In this document: positions 12,862-25,120 of the stretch, piece by piece
Layout: every line of letters starts with the position of its first letter
Position numbering within the stretch: the first letter of the stretch is position 1
Assembly: GCA_000004695.1 (NCBI GenBank)
Contig: CM000153.2
Location: 2,400,001 to 2,464,000 of the forward strand
DNA: 64,000 nucleotides
Direction of reading: 5' to 3'
Source: Dictyostelium discoideum
Taxonomy: Eukaryota
Position numbers and translations under genes: made by a program
Notes under the pieces: generated by a model
Seen by the model: only the letters and a program-made list of their open reading frames with translations
Database searches by the model: none
What the model was told of the DNA's origin: nothing

Positions 12862-13290
12862 TACTTTTCACAAATAAAAAATTAAAAAAAAATAAAAAAA
12901 TACAAAAAAAAAGTGGTGTTGTCATAAATAGTAAATCACGCAAGATATTTTAGACTAGTAAAAAACAGTGCTATTTGAATTCAAACCGACATTAAAAAAT
13001 AATTTTATCTTTTTTTTTTTTTTTTAATTTAAAAAAACAGATGGTCTGTTTTTTTTTTTTTTTTTTTTTTTTTCTCCCCATCTGTTTTTTTAAATTAAAA
13101 GACCAGGAGAAAAAAAAATAAAAAAACAAAAAATATCAAAGAATTTTATTCAGTATTATTTAGAAAAAAGAAAATATTAATAATTTATACTAATAAAATA
13201 TATTTTTTTATATAGAATCAATCCAAAACATTAGTTTAGCAACTTGTTGTAAATTTTAAATTTTTATTTTTTATTATAATTTTATTTATT

Positions 13291-14760
13291 TTATAATTTC
13301 GGAGGATTAATATCTTTAAGATTTTTACGTAATAGTTTACCAGTTGCAGATTTAGGAATTGCAGGTATGAAAAAGATACCACCTCTGAAATGTTTATAAT
13401 TTGCAATTTTTGGATGAGCCCAATCCAAGAGTTCTTTTTCGGTTAGAGATTCATTTTGTTTAATAACAACGAAACCTCTTGGTACTTCACCCATATCACC
13501 TTTTGAAAGACCTACTACACAGGCATCTGCAACTTTTGGATGAGATAATAGTAATGCTTCTAATTCAGCAGGTGGTACTTGGAAACCTTTACATTTGATC
13601 AATTCCTTTGATCTATCGACGATAAAGTAATAACCATCTTCATCAACATAACCAATATCACCAGTTTTAAAGAATCCATCTTTATCTATGACTTCATTGG
13701 TTGCCTTTTCATTGTTATAATAACCCAACATAACATTTGGACCTTTAATACAGATTTCACCCTTTTCACCCATACCTAAATTCTCACCAGTCTCTGGAGA
13801 GATGATTTTAACCAATTGATTGGGTAAGAGGATACCAGCGGAACCAGATTTAATTAGTCCACTTGGAATTACAAAACAGGCTGGACTAAGTTCGGTAGCA
13901 CCATAACCTTGTTTAATTATGAGTTTTCCTTTGAATCTTTCTTTAATTAAATCTTCAACCTCTCTGCTTAATGGAGCAGCGCCACTAAATAGTGTACGTA
14001 AACTTGAGAGATCAAATTTATCGACGATTGGTGATTTTGCAAACATGATAGCAATCGGTGGAACAATGAATGAAATTGCAACCTTGTACTTTTGAATTAA
14101 ATCCAAGAATCTAACGAATTCAAATTTTGGTAGGATAACAACACAATGACCTTGTTTTACCATCAAAATTAGGTATGTCATTAAGCCATAGATATGAAAA
14201 AATGGTAGTTGACCCATAACTGTATCATTCTTTTTATAGTTTGTCGTTTCAACGGTTTGAGTTTGATGTGTATTGGAAACGAGATTATGATGACTTAAAC
14301 AAACACCTTTAAATAATCCAGTTGTACCACTTGAAAATGGAATAATAGCTGTATCTTTCTTTAGGTCAATTCTAACGATTGGGTAATCTTTACCATTATT
14401 ATTAATTAGTTGATTGAATGACATTACAATTCCATCACTAGATAAAGTTAATTGACCAATTTCCTTTAAAGTTTGACCTGCAATATCTACTAAAATCACT
14501 TTTTCAACACTTGGAAAAACTCTTTTTAAATCATTTTTAATCTTTTCATAAACTGCTAATGTTACTGCTAAATATCTTGGTGAAACTGTTGCTAATGTAT
14601 GTGATAGCTCTTCAATTGTATAGTCTGGATTAACTAATGATGTAATGCCTCCCATCAATAATGTACCATGAAATATTGGTACATATTCTGGTAAATTTGG
14701 TAGAATTACTCCAAGTACATCACCTTTTTTAATATTTAATTTATTTAAACCACATGCAAC
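13291..14760 (-). CDS. 4cl: 4CL-like copy B, exon 2 (incl. stop)
   Basis: 455-aa ORF plus upstream extension to acceptor ag at 14762/14761. About 90% identical to copy C. Ends ...NPPKL. Confidence 0.85.
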   Translation of the reverse strand, partial: VACGLNKLNIKKGDVLGVILPNLPEYVPIFHGTLLMGGITSLVNPDYTIEELSHTLATVSPRYLAVTLAVYEKIKNDLKRVFPSVEKVILVDIAGQTLKEIGQLTLSSDGIVMSFNQLINNNGKDYPIVRIDLKKDTAIIPFSSGTTGLFKGVCLSHHNLVSNTHQTQTVETTNYKKNDTVMGQLPFFHIYGLMTYLILMVKQGHCVVILPKFEFVRFLDLIQKYKVAISFIVPPIAIMFAKSPIVDKFDLSSLRTLFSGAAPLSREVEDLIKERFKGKLIIKQGYGATELSPACFVIPSGLIKSGSAGILLPNQLVKIISPETGENLGMGEKGEICIKGPNVMLGYYNNEKATNEVIDKDGFFKTGDIGYVDEDGYYFIVDRSKELIKCKGFQVPPAELEALLLSHPKVADACVVGLSKGDMGEVPRGFVVIKQNESLTEKELLDWAHPKIANYKHFRGGIFFIPAIPKSATGKLLRKNLKDINPPKL

Positions 14761-14838
14761 CTAATTGAAAAATAATAAAAATAAAAATAAAAAATTGATA
14801 TTAGTTTTGGAAAAAAAAAAAAAAAGAAATTTATTTAC

Positions 14839-15024
14839 CTTTTCAATTGTATCAGCGACAAAATGTGAAGAATATTCTTTAAAAGTTAAACCATCAACTA
14901 ATAAAACTTGATCAGGTTTCGATCTAATATGTTTTAAAATTAAATGTGGTATTGGTTTCTCTGGTATTATAATATTTGGGTATTTTGATGTGAAATAAAT
15001 TTGTCCTTTAATCATTCTAATCAT
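14839..15024 (-). CDS. 4cl: 4CL-like copy B, exon 1
   Basis: ATG 15024-15022 (MIRMIKGQIYFTS...). GTAAAT donor at 14838; 78-nt intron. Total 551 aa. Confidence 0.8.
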
Positions 15025-15363
15025 CCTGAAATTGTTATTTTTTTTTTTAAAAATATCAAAAAAAAAAAAGAATAAAATAAAACTTAAACCAGGAGAATTT
15101 TGAAAAAAAAAAATATTTAAATTTAAAATGTTAAAAAATGGTATGGATGTGTTTAAGCTATGGGCTAATATTTAAATAATATACAATAGGTAATATTTTA
15201 CAAACAAATTAAAAAATTAAAAAAATATCAAAAAAAAAAAAAATTAAATAAAAAAAAAAAAAAAAAATCAAGTTTAAAAATTTGTGTGTTTTAATTATTA
15301 TTATATTAGACACATTAATTAGTTTTATTATTATTATTTTTTCTTTTTTTTCTACTTTAAAAA

Positions 15364-15399
<36 letters not shown>

Positions 15400-16041
15400 A
15401 TTTTTTAAAATGTGTGGTTTAGGAATAAGATCCCTCAAATAAGATTATGCCAATTGAAAATTATAAAAAATTAATTTTCCAATATAAAGAATAAACAAAG
15501 AAAAAATGTTTTGCACTGGGTTTATAAAATTAAACAAAAATTTAATATAAATTAAAACAATCTCTCATTTTTCAAAAATGATTCAATCAATTAAAAAAAT
15601 GAAAGATTGCAAAATTTTATTAATTTAAAATTAAGTTTATTAATATCTTCGGTGAAAAAAAGAAAATTCACAGAAGAAAAAAAAAAAAAAAATCATTTTC
15701 CACATAAAACTATTCAAATTAATTTATTTATTCAAACAAATAAAAATTTATGAAATATTTGAAATATCTAATAAAGAAAAAAAATCGAAATAATATACAT
15801 ATAGCATATTGAATAGTTTTAAAAAAAAAACAAAATTCAAACCAAATATTATTAAAAACTAAAGAATGTTTTTCAGTAAATATTATTTAGAAAAAAAGAA
15901 AAAAATTTAATAATCTATGCCAATATTATATATATTTTTTTTTATAGAATCACATTAGTTTAATAACTTGTTGTAAGTTGTGTTTAAATTTTTATTTTTC
16001 GACTTAAGTTTAATTTTTTATTTTTTATTTTTTATTTTATT

Positions 16042-17511
16042 TTATAATTTTGGAGGATTAAAATCTTTAAGATTTTTACGTAATAGTTTACCGGTTGCAG
16101 ATTTAGGAATTGCAGGTATGAAAAAGATACCACCTCTGAAATGTTTATAATTTGCAATTTTTGGATGGGCCCAATCTAAGAGTTCTTTTTCGGTTAGAGA
16201 TTCATTTTGTTTAATAACAACGAAACCTCTTGGTACTTCACCCATATCACCTTTTGAAAGACCTACTACACAGGCATCTGCAACTTTTGGATGAGATAAT
16301 AGTAATGCCTCCAATTCGGCAGGAGGTACTTGGAAACCTTTACATTTGATCAATTCCTTTGATCTATCGACGATAAAGTAATAACCATCTTCATCGACGT
16401 AACCAATATCACCAGTTTTTAAGAATCCATCTTTATCTATGACTTCATTGGTTGCCTTTTCATTGTTATAATAACCCAACATAACATTTGGACCTTTAAT
16501 ACAGATTTCACCCTTTTCACCCATACCTAAATTCTCACCAGTCTCTGGAGAGATGATTTTAGCCAATTGATTGGGTAAGAGGATACCAGCGGAACCAGAT
16601 TTAACTAATCCACTTGGAATTACAAAACAGGCTGGACTAAGTTCGGTAGCACCATAACCTTGTTTAATTACAAGTCTGCCTTTGAATCTTTCTTTAATTA
16701 AATCTTCAACCTCTGAACTCAATGGAGCAGCACCACTAAATAGTGTACGTAAACTTGAGAGATCAAATTTATCGACGATTGGTGATTTTGCAAACATGAT
16801 AGCAACTGGTGGAACAATGAATGAAATTGCAACCTTATACTTTTGAATTAACTCCAAGAATCTAACTGGTTCAAATTTTGGTAAGACAACAACACGATGA
16901 CCTTGTTTCACCATCAACATTAAGAATAACATTAAACCATAGATATGAAAGAAAGGTAATATACCCATAACTGTATCATTCTTTTTATAGGTTGATGTTT
17001 CAATGGTTTGAGTTTGATATGTATTGGAAACGATATTATGATGACTTAAACAAACACCTTTAAATAATCCAGTTGTACCACTTGAAAATGGAATAATAGC
17101 TGTATCTTTCTTTGGGTCAATTCTAACGATTGGGTAATCTTTACCATTATTATTAATTAGTTGATTGAATGACATTACAATTCCATCACTAGATAAAGTT
17201 AATTGATCAATTTCTTTTAAAGTTTGACCTGCAATATCGACTAAAATCACTTTTTCAACACTTGGAAAAACTCTTTTTAAATCATTTTTAATCTTTTCAT
17301 ATACTGCTAATGTTACTGCTAAATATCTTGGTGAAACTGTTGCTAATGTATGTGATAACTCTTCAATTGTATAGTCTGGATTAACTAATGATGTAATGCC
17401 TCCCATCAATAATGTACCATGAAATATTGGTACATATTCTGGTAAATTTGGTAGAATTACTCCAAGTACATCACCTTTTTTAATATTTAATTTATTTAAA
17501 CCACATGCGAC
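16042..17511 (-). CDS. 4cl: 4CL-like copy C, exon 2 (incl. stop)
   Basis: 455-aa ORF plus extension to acceptor ag at 17513/17512. Ends ...NPPKL. Confidence 0.85.
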   Translation of the reverse strand, partial: VACGLNKLNIKKGDVLGVILPNLPEYVPIFHGTLLMGGITSLVNPDYTIEELSHTLATVSPRYLAVTLAVYEKIKNDLKRVFPSVEKVILVDIAGQTLKEIDQLTLSSDGIVMSFNQLINNNGKDYPIVRIDPKKDTAIIPFSSGTTGLFKGVCLSHHNIVSNTYQTQTIETSTYKKNDTVMGILPFFHIYGLMLFLMLMVKQGHRVVVLPKFEPVRFLELIQKYKVAISFIVPPVAIMFAKSPIVDKFDLSSLRTLFSGAAPLSSEVEDLIKERFKGRLVIKQGYGATELSPACFVIPSGLVKSGSAGILLPNQLAKIISPETGENLGMGEKGEICIKGPNVMLGYYNNEKATNEVIDKDGFLKTGDIGYVDEDGYYFIVDRSKELIKCKGFQVPPAELEALLLSHPKVADACVVGLSKGDMGEVPRGFVVIKQNESLTEKELLDWAHPKIANYKHFRGGIFFIPAIPKSATGKLLRKNLKDFNPPKL

Positions 17512-17558
17512 CTAATTGAAAAATAAATAAAAATAAATAAAAAAACTATTAATATTTG

Positions 17559-17591
<33 letters not shown>

Positions 17592-17598
17592 TATTTAC

Positions 17599-17784
17599 CT
17601 TTTCAATTGTATCAGCGACAAAATGTGAAGAATATTCTTTAAAAGTTAAACCATCAACTAATAAAACTTGATCAGGTTTAGATCTAATATGTTTTAAAAT
17701 TAATTGTGGTACTGGTTTCTCTGGTATTATAATATTTGGGTATTTTGATGTGAAATAAGTTTGTCCTTTAACTTTTATAATCAT
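17599..17784 (-). CDS. 4cl: 4CL-like copy C, exon 1
   Basis: ATG 17784-17782 (MIIKVKGQTYFTS...). Donor at 17598; 87-nt intron. Confidence 0.8.
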
Positions 17785-18208
17785 CCTGAAATTATTATTT
17801 AAAGTTGAAAAAAAAAAAAAAAAAAAAAAAGAAAATATAATAAATTAAAACAAAAATGAAAAGAATATTGGGAGTAAAGAAAAAATAATAAAATTTAAAA
17901 AAAAAAGTTAAAAATAATTGGTTATTTTTTTTAAAAAATGGTGTGAATGTGTTTATGCTATGGATTAATATCTAATAATTTACAAAGGTATTTTACAAAT
18001 AAATATCTAAAAAAAAAAAAAACTAATTTTAAAAAAAAAAAAAAAAAAATTAATTTAAAAAAAAAAAAAAAAAATTAATTAAAAAAAAAAAAAAAAAAAA
18101 AAATCGAACGTTTGATTTTTTTAACTGAAATTTCCAATCGTCATAATATCCTAAATTAATTTAAATGATGGTTTTTTGAAATTACAAACATTGCGCAAAT
18201 ATTAAAAC

Positions 18209-18239
<31 letters not shown>

Positions 18240-18842
18240 CTTTTATTTTTTAATATTAAAATTTTTTTTTTTGTTTTGTGTTTTGTTTAATTTTGTTTTG
18301 TTTTTTTTTTTTTATTTTATTTTTATTTTTTATCTTTTTTATTTTTACCTGAAAACCTTATTTGATTTTGAAAATGTTAAAAAAACAAAACCTGACGACA
18401 TATGATGAATTTTTATTTTTATTTTTATACCACCATATTATTTTTTTTAATTTTTTTAATTTTTTTTATTTGACAATTCAAGTAATTTTTTATAAGCTTT
18501 CCCAAATAGGATGGAAATAATTTTTTTGTTTTAAGATTTTTTTTGTTTTATTAATTTAAAAAAAAAAATTATTAAAAAAAAAAAAGAATGAATATTTGTT
18601 AACTCAATCGAATAAATAAATATTTTAAACCATACAATCCAAATTAAAAAATATATATATATTTGGAAAATAACCTTAATATTTAATTTCTGGAAAATAC
18701 AAATGGAGAGGGAGATATGAATTTTTTTTTTTTTTATATCGATAAAGTACTTTATTTTATTATTTTTATTTTATTATTTTGTTATTTTATTATATTATTT
18801 TTAATTATTATTTATTTATTATTTTTTTATTTTTTTATTTTT

Positions 18843-21462
18843 TTACATATTTTTATATTTTGCTTCTAAAGTTAAAATTGCATTTGGAGAAATTCTTTTT
18901 GTTCTTTGTAAGAAATCAATAATGATTTTACCTTCTTCTAGAGAAAAGAAAGGTTGACTCATTTTCTCTAAAAGATAATTTAATAATTCATCCTCTGCGG
19001 AAAGGGCTTGATAAAATTGACGAATACGGTCAAAGAAAATCTCACGTTTTACAATGATATTTGAAAGATTCTGTTGAAGTGTGAACACATTTTTACAAAG
19101 TTTAGCAACACCATTATCATTGATTGAATTGACATGTACCAATTTCGAGATTAATAATTTACCAATTAATTTTGCAATACCACTAAATAAGAAATTACAT
19201 TTATCACTTGTTAAATAAATTGACATCATTTCTTCACTTGCTGATAAATCTTTATTCAATTCAACAATGAATGAATCAGGATCAGTTCTTTCCTCTTCAC
19301 ACATATATTGAGCTCTCTTAAATCCTTCTAAAAAGTAAAAACAATGAATACGATATTCAATACGTAATGCTAATAAACAACGTTTTGATAAATCTTTAAA
19401 TCTTTGTGCAATATCCTTAATTGGTTCTTCCATTGTTTTCAATGCTTCAATTGATTCTGCTGACATTTGATTAAATGTACCTATAAAATTATTACTACCA
19501 GTAGTTGTACTATTATTTTCTTTATTACTTGCTGTACTATTACCACCACTATTAATACCACTATTTAATTTCGATGGTGTTTTAATAGAATCAACTTGTT
19601 GTTGCTGTTGTTGTTGTTGCTGTTGTTGTTGTGTATATTTTTCTTTTTGATCTTCTTGAACAATTAATAATTGAACAATTTTATCAGCTAACCAATTTAA
19701 ACTATGACTCATATTGGCCAACATTGTTAATTTTTCAATATTTAAAATTAATTGATTCTTTAAAACTGGTTTTTCAGGATGATTGAATAAATCAGACTCT
19801 AATTTAAATTCATATTCTTCCTCTCTTGAATCTTGAAATTTAGCAACATCTTGTTTCTTTGAACTTACAGCTAATGATGCTAATAGATATTTATAGAGAT
19901 CTGTATTCAATAGTTGATTAGTTAATGTTGGATCTATTTCTTGACTGAATTTACTTAAACATTTTTCATAATATCTTAAGAGTGATACTTGAATGATTGC
20001 ACCAAACTCTACGACATAATGACTCATAGCCACAATATCAGAGAAAAGTTCAATAACAAATTGAAATATTTGTAAGGTACTATTTAAAATTGGTTTAGTT
20101 TCTTTTAATCTAAATACTAATTTATATCTTTCCAATGGTTTGAATGCTTCTGTACTTTCAATTGAATGAGCGAATCTATCCTTATAATCATTCTTTATAT
20201 GTTGTAAAAAGTTTCTATGAACAAAATCATCTATATATAATCTTAATAAACCTTTTTTACTATTTTGATTATGATAACTATTTGTAGTAGTAGTAGTAAT
20301 GGTGGTGGTGGTTTTAGTAGTTGTTGGTGTACCAGTTCTATCTCTAAGGGTTTTATCTAAATGGTCAGTAAACTTGACAATCATTGGATAAATTGGTGTA
20401 ACATTATATTGTGAAGCTTTAAATATACTAATTACAGCAGGACCACCACTATTTGAATCAATAGCATCAGCACCTGAAGTACCATTTGGTGAAGTTGGTG
20501 AAGTTGTTACCATTGGACTAATTGAACCATTCCAATTATCAGTAACAATTGAATTTGTAAAACTAAATAGTCTTTGAGACTTACCACTATTTGATTCAGT
20601 ACCATCTGGATTTAATCTACTCTTTGTACTTAATAATAAACTTGATGTATCTTGTAAATGAACTCTTAACATTTCTCTAATCTCTTTTTGAATGATTTCC
20701 CAAACTAATGATGCATCATAAACATCTGCAATTTCAACTTTTGATTTTTGAAGTTTAGTTGGTTTTGGTGTACCTTCGAAATCATTATCGGAATCACCAC
20801 CACCACCCTCAGTTTCTTCTTTAAAATCAAATTTATTTGCACGAATTTTTAATTCACTTTTTCTAATTGCATCATTAAAAATTTTACTTAATTGAAGATG
20901 ATTCTTGAAAACCATATTAACTTTATTGAATATCATTTTCAATAAATCTACCAATGGTATATTGTGAGTTTGATTAGCTAATAAATCATTTCTATTGAAA
21001 GTTTCAGTCAAGAAATTGAATGCTGCTGAATATTCATCGATATTACTAAATGTTGCACTACCAATATGTGAATTCTTACTTAATACACTTGGTGATAATC
21101 CATTAGCCCCAATATTTGATGATGTTGAGGATGTTGGTGATGATGACGATGCTGTAGAACCATTACCATTTATACCACCACTACCATTCATACTATTATT
21201 ACCACCACCATTGCTACCATTACTACCATTACTACTATTTGATGATTCGCCAGGCATCTTTGGTATAACTCTACCTTCACTATGATATACATTGGTAATA
21301 AGTGTTATACTATTTGTAATTGCAGTCTTTAATTCAATTGAAATTCTACCTAAAATTAAACCAACCGCTGGTGATAAATATTCTAAAACATTCAATGCTT
21401 CAACTAATAATGTCATAAATAATTTTCCATCTTGTTCTGGATCAATATTTAAATCTTCTTTA

Positions 21463-21464
<2 letters not shown>
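18843..21464 (-). CDS. exoc4: Exocyst complex component 4 (Sec8), exon 5 (last, incl. stop)
   Basis: C-terminal blocks SKRCLLALRIEYRIHCFYFL, LNKDLSASEEMMS and AKLCKNVFTLQQNLSNI match the conserved Sec8 C-terminus. The frame is open upstream of the track's M (SKEDLNIDPEQDGKLF-M) back to acceptor ag at 21466/21465. Confidence 0.8.
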
Positions 21465-21507
<43 letters not shown>

Positions 21508-21568
21508 ATTTAACATATTAGAATAATAAATAATAAATAATAACTAATAAAATTATATTTATACAAAC

Positions 21569-21791
21569 ATTTGAAGTTTTAGAAATTTCTTCAAGTTTTA
21601 AAACTTCTGGTTGATTAGATTGTGATAATCTTTCTTGATTATATAAATTTGCAGCTGCTTTTTCAGCTTTTTCTTGACTCGCTTTAGTTTGAAAAGCACC
21701 TGTAAATTGTGGTTTAAATGGTGATGTCGTAGTCGGTGGTAGTGGTGATTTAAAAGTATTATTACTATTATTACTATTACTATTCTTGTTA
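21569..21791 (-). CDS. exoc4: exoc4 exon 4
   Basis: Open frame (NKNSNSNNSNNTFKSPLPPTTTSPFKPQFTGAFQTKASQEKAEKAAANLYNQ...KTSN). Non-canonical GTTTGT donor at 21568; acceptor ag at 21793/21792. Phases consistent. Confidence 0.6.
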
Positions 21792-21881
21792 CTAATATTT
21801 GTATTGTTTTTTAATATTAATATATTATTATTATTATTAAATTATAATTTTGAAAAAAAAAAAAAAAAAAAAATACAATAC

Positions 21882-22178
21882 GATAATAAAATTTTCTTAA
21901 AATTTGATTGTAAATTATTTTCATCATCATATTCAAATGCTTTTAAAGATGATTTAGTTTTTAAATAAATATGGTCATTTAATTTCTCAACTAACATATC
22001 TTTGAATGATTCTTTCTTTTCAACTAACATTTGTCTAAGATCCATTAATGCATTAACATTAACAAGATCCCTTTCATTTAAAGTTGATATTGAATTTACT
22101 AATATATTTGCTGCATGTACAAAATGATTTCCTTTAATATATTTATTTAATAAATCTGGTACTTTTTTTAATTCTTCC
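21882..22178 (-). CDS. exoc4: exoc4 exon 3
   Basis: EELKKVPDLLNKYIKGNHFVHAANILVNSISTLNERDLVNVNALMDLRQM... GTATTG donor at 21881; acceptor ag at 22180/22179. Confidence 0.6.
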
Positions 22179-22274
22179 CTATAAAAATATATAAAAAATA
22201 AATAAAAAAAAATTATTATTTATTATTTATTATTTATTTTTTATTATTATTTTATTATTATTTATAATTATTAC

Positions 22275-22476
22275 ATTTTCTCTAAAATTTCAATCATATA
22301 ATAATATTCTAAATTTCTTTTCCATAATCTTTCTATACCTGTACCATTAAAATTGATAAGTTTATTAGTCTCTTCAACTTCTTTACTCATTAATAAAGCA
22401 TTACCATGTGATGTACCCATAAATTCTAAAATTCTAGAATAATTGTGAATGGATTTATTGAATCCTTGAAAGTAAA
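22275..22476 (-). CDS. exoc4: exoc4 exon 2
   Basis: YFQGFNKSIHNYSRILEFMGTSHGNALLMSKEVEETNKLINFNGTGIERLWKRNLEYYYMIEILEK. GTAATA donor at 22274; acceptor ag at 22478/22477. Confidence 0.6.
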
Positions 22477-22496
22477 CTGTATATATATATAGTATG

Positions 22497-22574
<78 letters not shown>
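22497..22574. repeat. (ATT)26 microsatellite inside exoc4 intron 1
   Basis: Perfect trinucleotide run. Confidence 0.9.
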
Positions 22575-22630
22575 TTATTACAAATATATTAGAAATTGTT
22601 TTAAAATTGTAAAGAAAAATCAAAAATTAC

Positions 22631-22835
22631 CATCAACAATATTATCAGTTTCAACATTAACTTCATCTAACCAATCACCAATTTGATTAAGTAATTCTTT
22701 TCTATTTGATGATCTCATATAATCTAATGCAGTTCTTCTTGCTTGAAATGAGGTTTTATGATATTGTTCGGGTATACTCGATAATACCTTTGATATCTTA
22801 TTTTCATCTAATTTCTTTTCTTCATTGTCATCCAT
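22631..22835 (-). CDS. exoc4: exoc4 exon 1
   Basis: ATG 22835-22833 (MDDNEEKKLDENKISKVLSSIPEQYHKTSFQARRTALDYMRSSNRKELLNQIGDWLDEVNVETDNIVD). GTAATT donor at 22630. The five exons sum to 3549 nt = 1182 aa + stop. Confidence 0.65.
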
Positions 22836-23375
22836 TTTTCTTTTTTTTTTTTTTTTTTCTATTTCTTTTATAAATACATAAATATTTGTACAATAAATTA
22901 TTGAAAAAAAAAAAAAAAAAAAAAATTTTGTTTCGACCCAGTGGATTTTTTTTTTTTAATTAATTTTTTTTAAGCATTTTCATATTTATTTTTTAATTTT
23001 TTTTATTTTTTTTAATTTTTTTATTTTCCAATTCGTTTTAAATTGCTTAATTGGACAAAATAAAAAATAATAATACATGTATTATTATTCGAATTTCTTA
23101 CTTTTTTTTCACATATAATCATTTTTCATATTATTTCCGCCTTTAAGTGGTAAATTCTCAAAAAAAAAAAAAAAGAAAAAAAAAAAAAAAAAACCCATTA
23201 AAAGATTTTTTAAAAGAAAGAAATAGTTTATCTTTTTTTTGGTATTATTGGAGATAATTTTGATGATTTAAAAAGATATAAAAAAATTGGATATAAAGAT
23301 AAATTACAAAATAAAATAAACAATTTTAATATTTAATTTCTTTTTATTTATTTTTTTTAATTTTATTTTAACAAT

Positions 23376-25035
23376 TTAATCATATTTATTTATAATACTA
23401 AATAAATTTTCAAATGAATCTTTATTTGGATCAAAATTTTCAAAATAATCCAAAAGCTCATTATATTTTTTAATTTTAGATTGATTTGGTGATATTGGTT
23501 CAAAATTTTGACAATTAATAGTTTTGTATTGTTTTTGATGATCCATAATTTCATAAGCTCTATTTACTACATTTTCATTTACACCAGCAATCTTTGCACA
23601 TAATATACCAAACGATGAACTTGAAATACCTTCTTTTAATTTATAAAATGGTATAAATTCATTTGGTTTATTATTTGTATTTGTTATTTTATTTGTAGTA
23701 TTGAAAATATTATTATTATTGGTTTTAGTATTGGTAGTTGTGTTGGTTGATTGTAAATCTAAAAATTTATTATTATTATTTTGATTATTATTAGTTTCAA
23801 TCACAAATTCCATTGTATTAAATAAAACTTTATTAAATATACTATCGGTTGAATTTGAAATTAGTTCAAAGAATTCATAAAAGTGAGTACAAATAAAAGT
23901 TTTTGGAGTTGATGGCGATTTAGTTAAAAGGAATACCAATAGACCATATAGTAGAGAGATACCATCCAATGGATTTGTACCTTTTCCATACTCGTCAATG
24001 ATTAAAAGTGAACGACTAGTTGCAAAACGAGTCATTTGAGCAATTTGTTTACAATCGATCATAAATGAGGATTCAGAGATGGCATTACTCTCTCTTGATG
24101 ATATTCTAGTATAGATATGATCAAATAATGATATAGTAGCACTTTTAGCAGGTACATAACTTCCAATTTGACCAAGGAAAACAATTAGAGCAACTTGTTT
24201 AATATAAATACTTTTACCAGATTGATTTGGACCAGAAACGATAACTACTGGCTTTGTTGGGTCGTTTTGAGTGTCATTTGGTATGAAATTGGTGACACAG
24301 TATTCTTGAATTAAATGACGACCACTTTGAATTTCAATTTCTTGTTGTTCCGTTGAAATGATTGGTTTAACAAGATCATATGCTTGAACACAACTTGCCA
24401 ATGATAATATACAATCCAATTGAGTACAATAATTACATAAATCAATGATTGAACCACTATTAGACATTATTTCGTCAACTACCTCTTTTTCAATCCTTGA
24501 TTGAATATCTAATATATCATTATGAATATCACCAAAGAAATCATCCAATTCTTTAGTTTTTTGATTTTGAAAATAAAGGTAACTACTTGTTTTAAATATA
24601 AAACTTAAAGATGGTATATTAATTTGATTACCAATTGCAATACTCTCTTCAATTGGTATACAAATTAAACAACCCAATTGTGGATAATAAACTAAATGAA
24701 ATGATGTAATCCAAGTTAGATTTGTAAATTTAACTCTTTCTAATTCACCATGTTCAGTTAGAATTTCATCCATTGATAAATAAACATTTCTCAATTGATC
24801 CAATTCTTCATCAACCCCTTCTCTAATTGATATTCTTTGGTCATCTTGATCTGCAAAAAAAAATATACTTTCAAATTTTTGATATATATTAACCAATGAC
24901 TGTGGATATAAATTATTTAATTTCTTTAAAAATGGTAGTTCAGAATTCTTTGGAACAATTAATAATTTAATCTTTAAAAAATAATGAAAAGTTTTATAGA
25001 TTGAAATGAAATCTTTAGATGGATTTTGTGATGAC
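23376..25035 (-). CDS. msh5: MutS homologue MSH5-like, exon 6 (last, incl. stop; ABC ATPase domain V)
   Basis: Walker A region VSGPNQSGKSIYIKQVALIVFLGQIGSYVPA and LLIIDEYGKGTNPLDGISLL match the MSH5 ATPase core closely. There is no N-terminal mismatch-binding domain. Acceptor ag at 25037/25036; the frame runs continuously through the track's TTG 'M' at 24896. Confidence 0.8.
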
Positions 25036-25120
25036 CTATATATATAAATAGTAAAAAAAAAAAAAAATTAATTAAAAAAAAAATAATAAACTTTATTTAA
25101 ATTTATTATATAATACATAC

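Noticed and set aside
12752-12943. 63-aa minus-strand ORF overlapping the DUSE-like region
   Set aside because: Low-complexity Phe/Leu-rich translation of A/T runs. The DUSE and ncRNA interpretation is more parsimonious.
20995-21285. Plus-strand 96-aa ORF (and 2633..2954, 3965..4150, 28536..29270)
   Set aside because: Lies inside and antisense to well-supported minus-strand genes (exoc4, ankyrin protein, neurochondrin).
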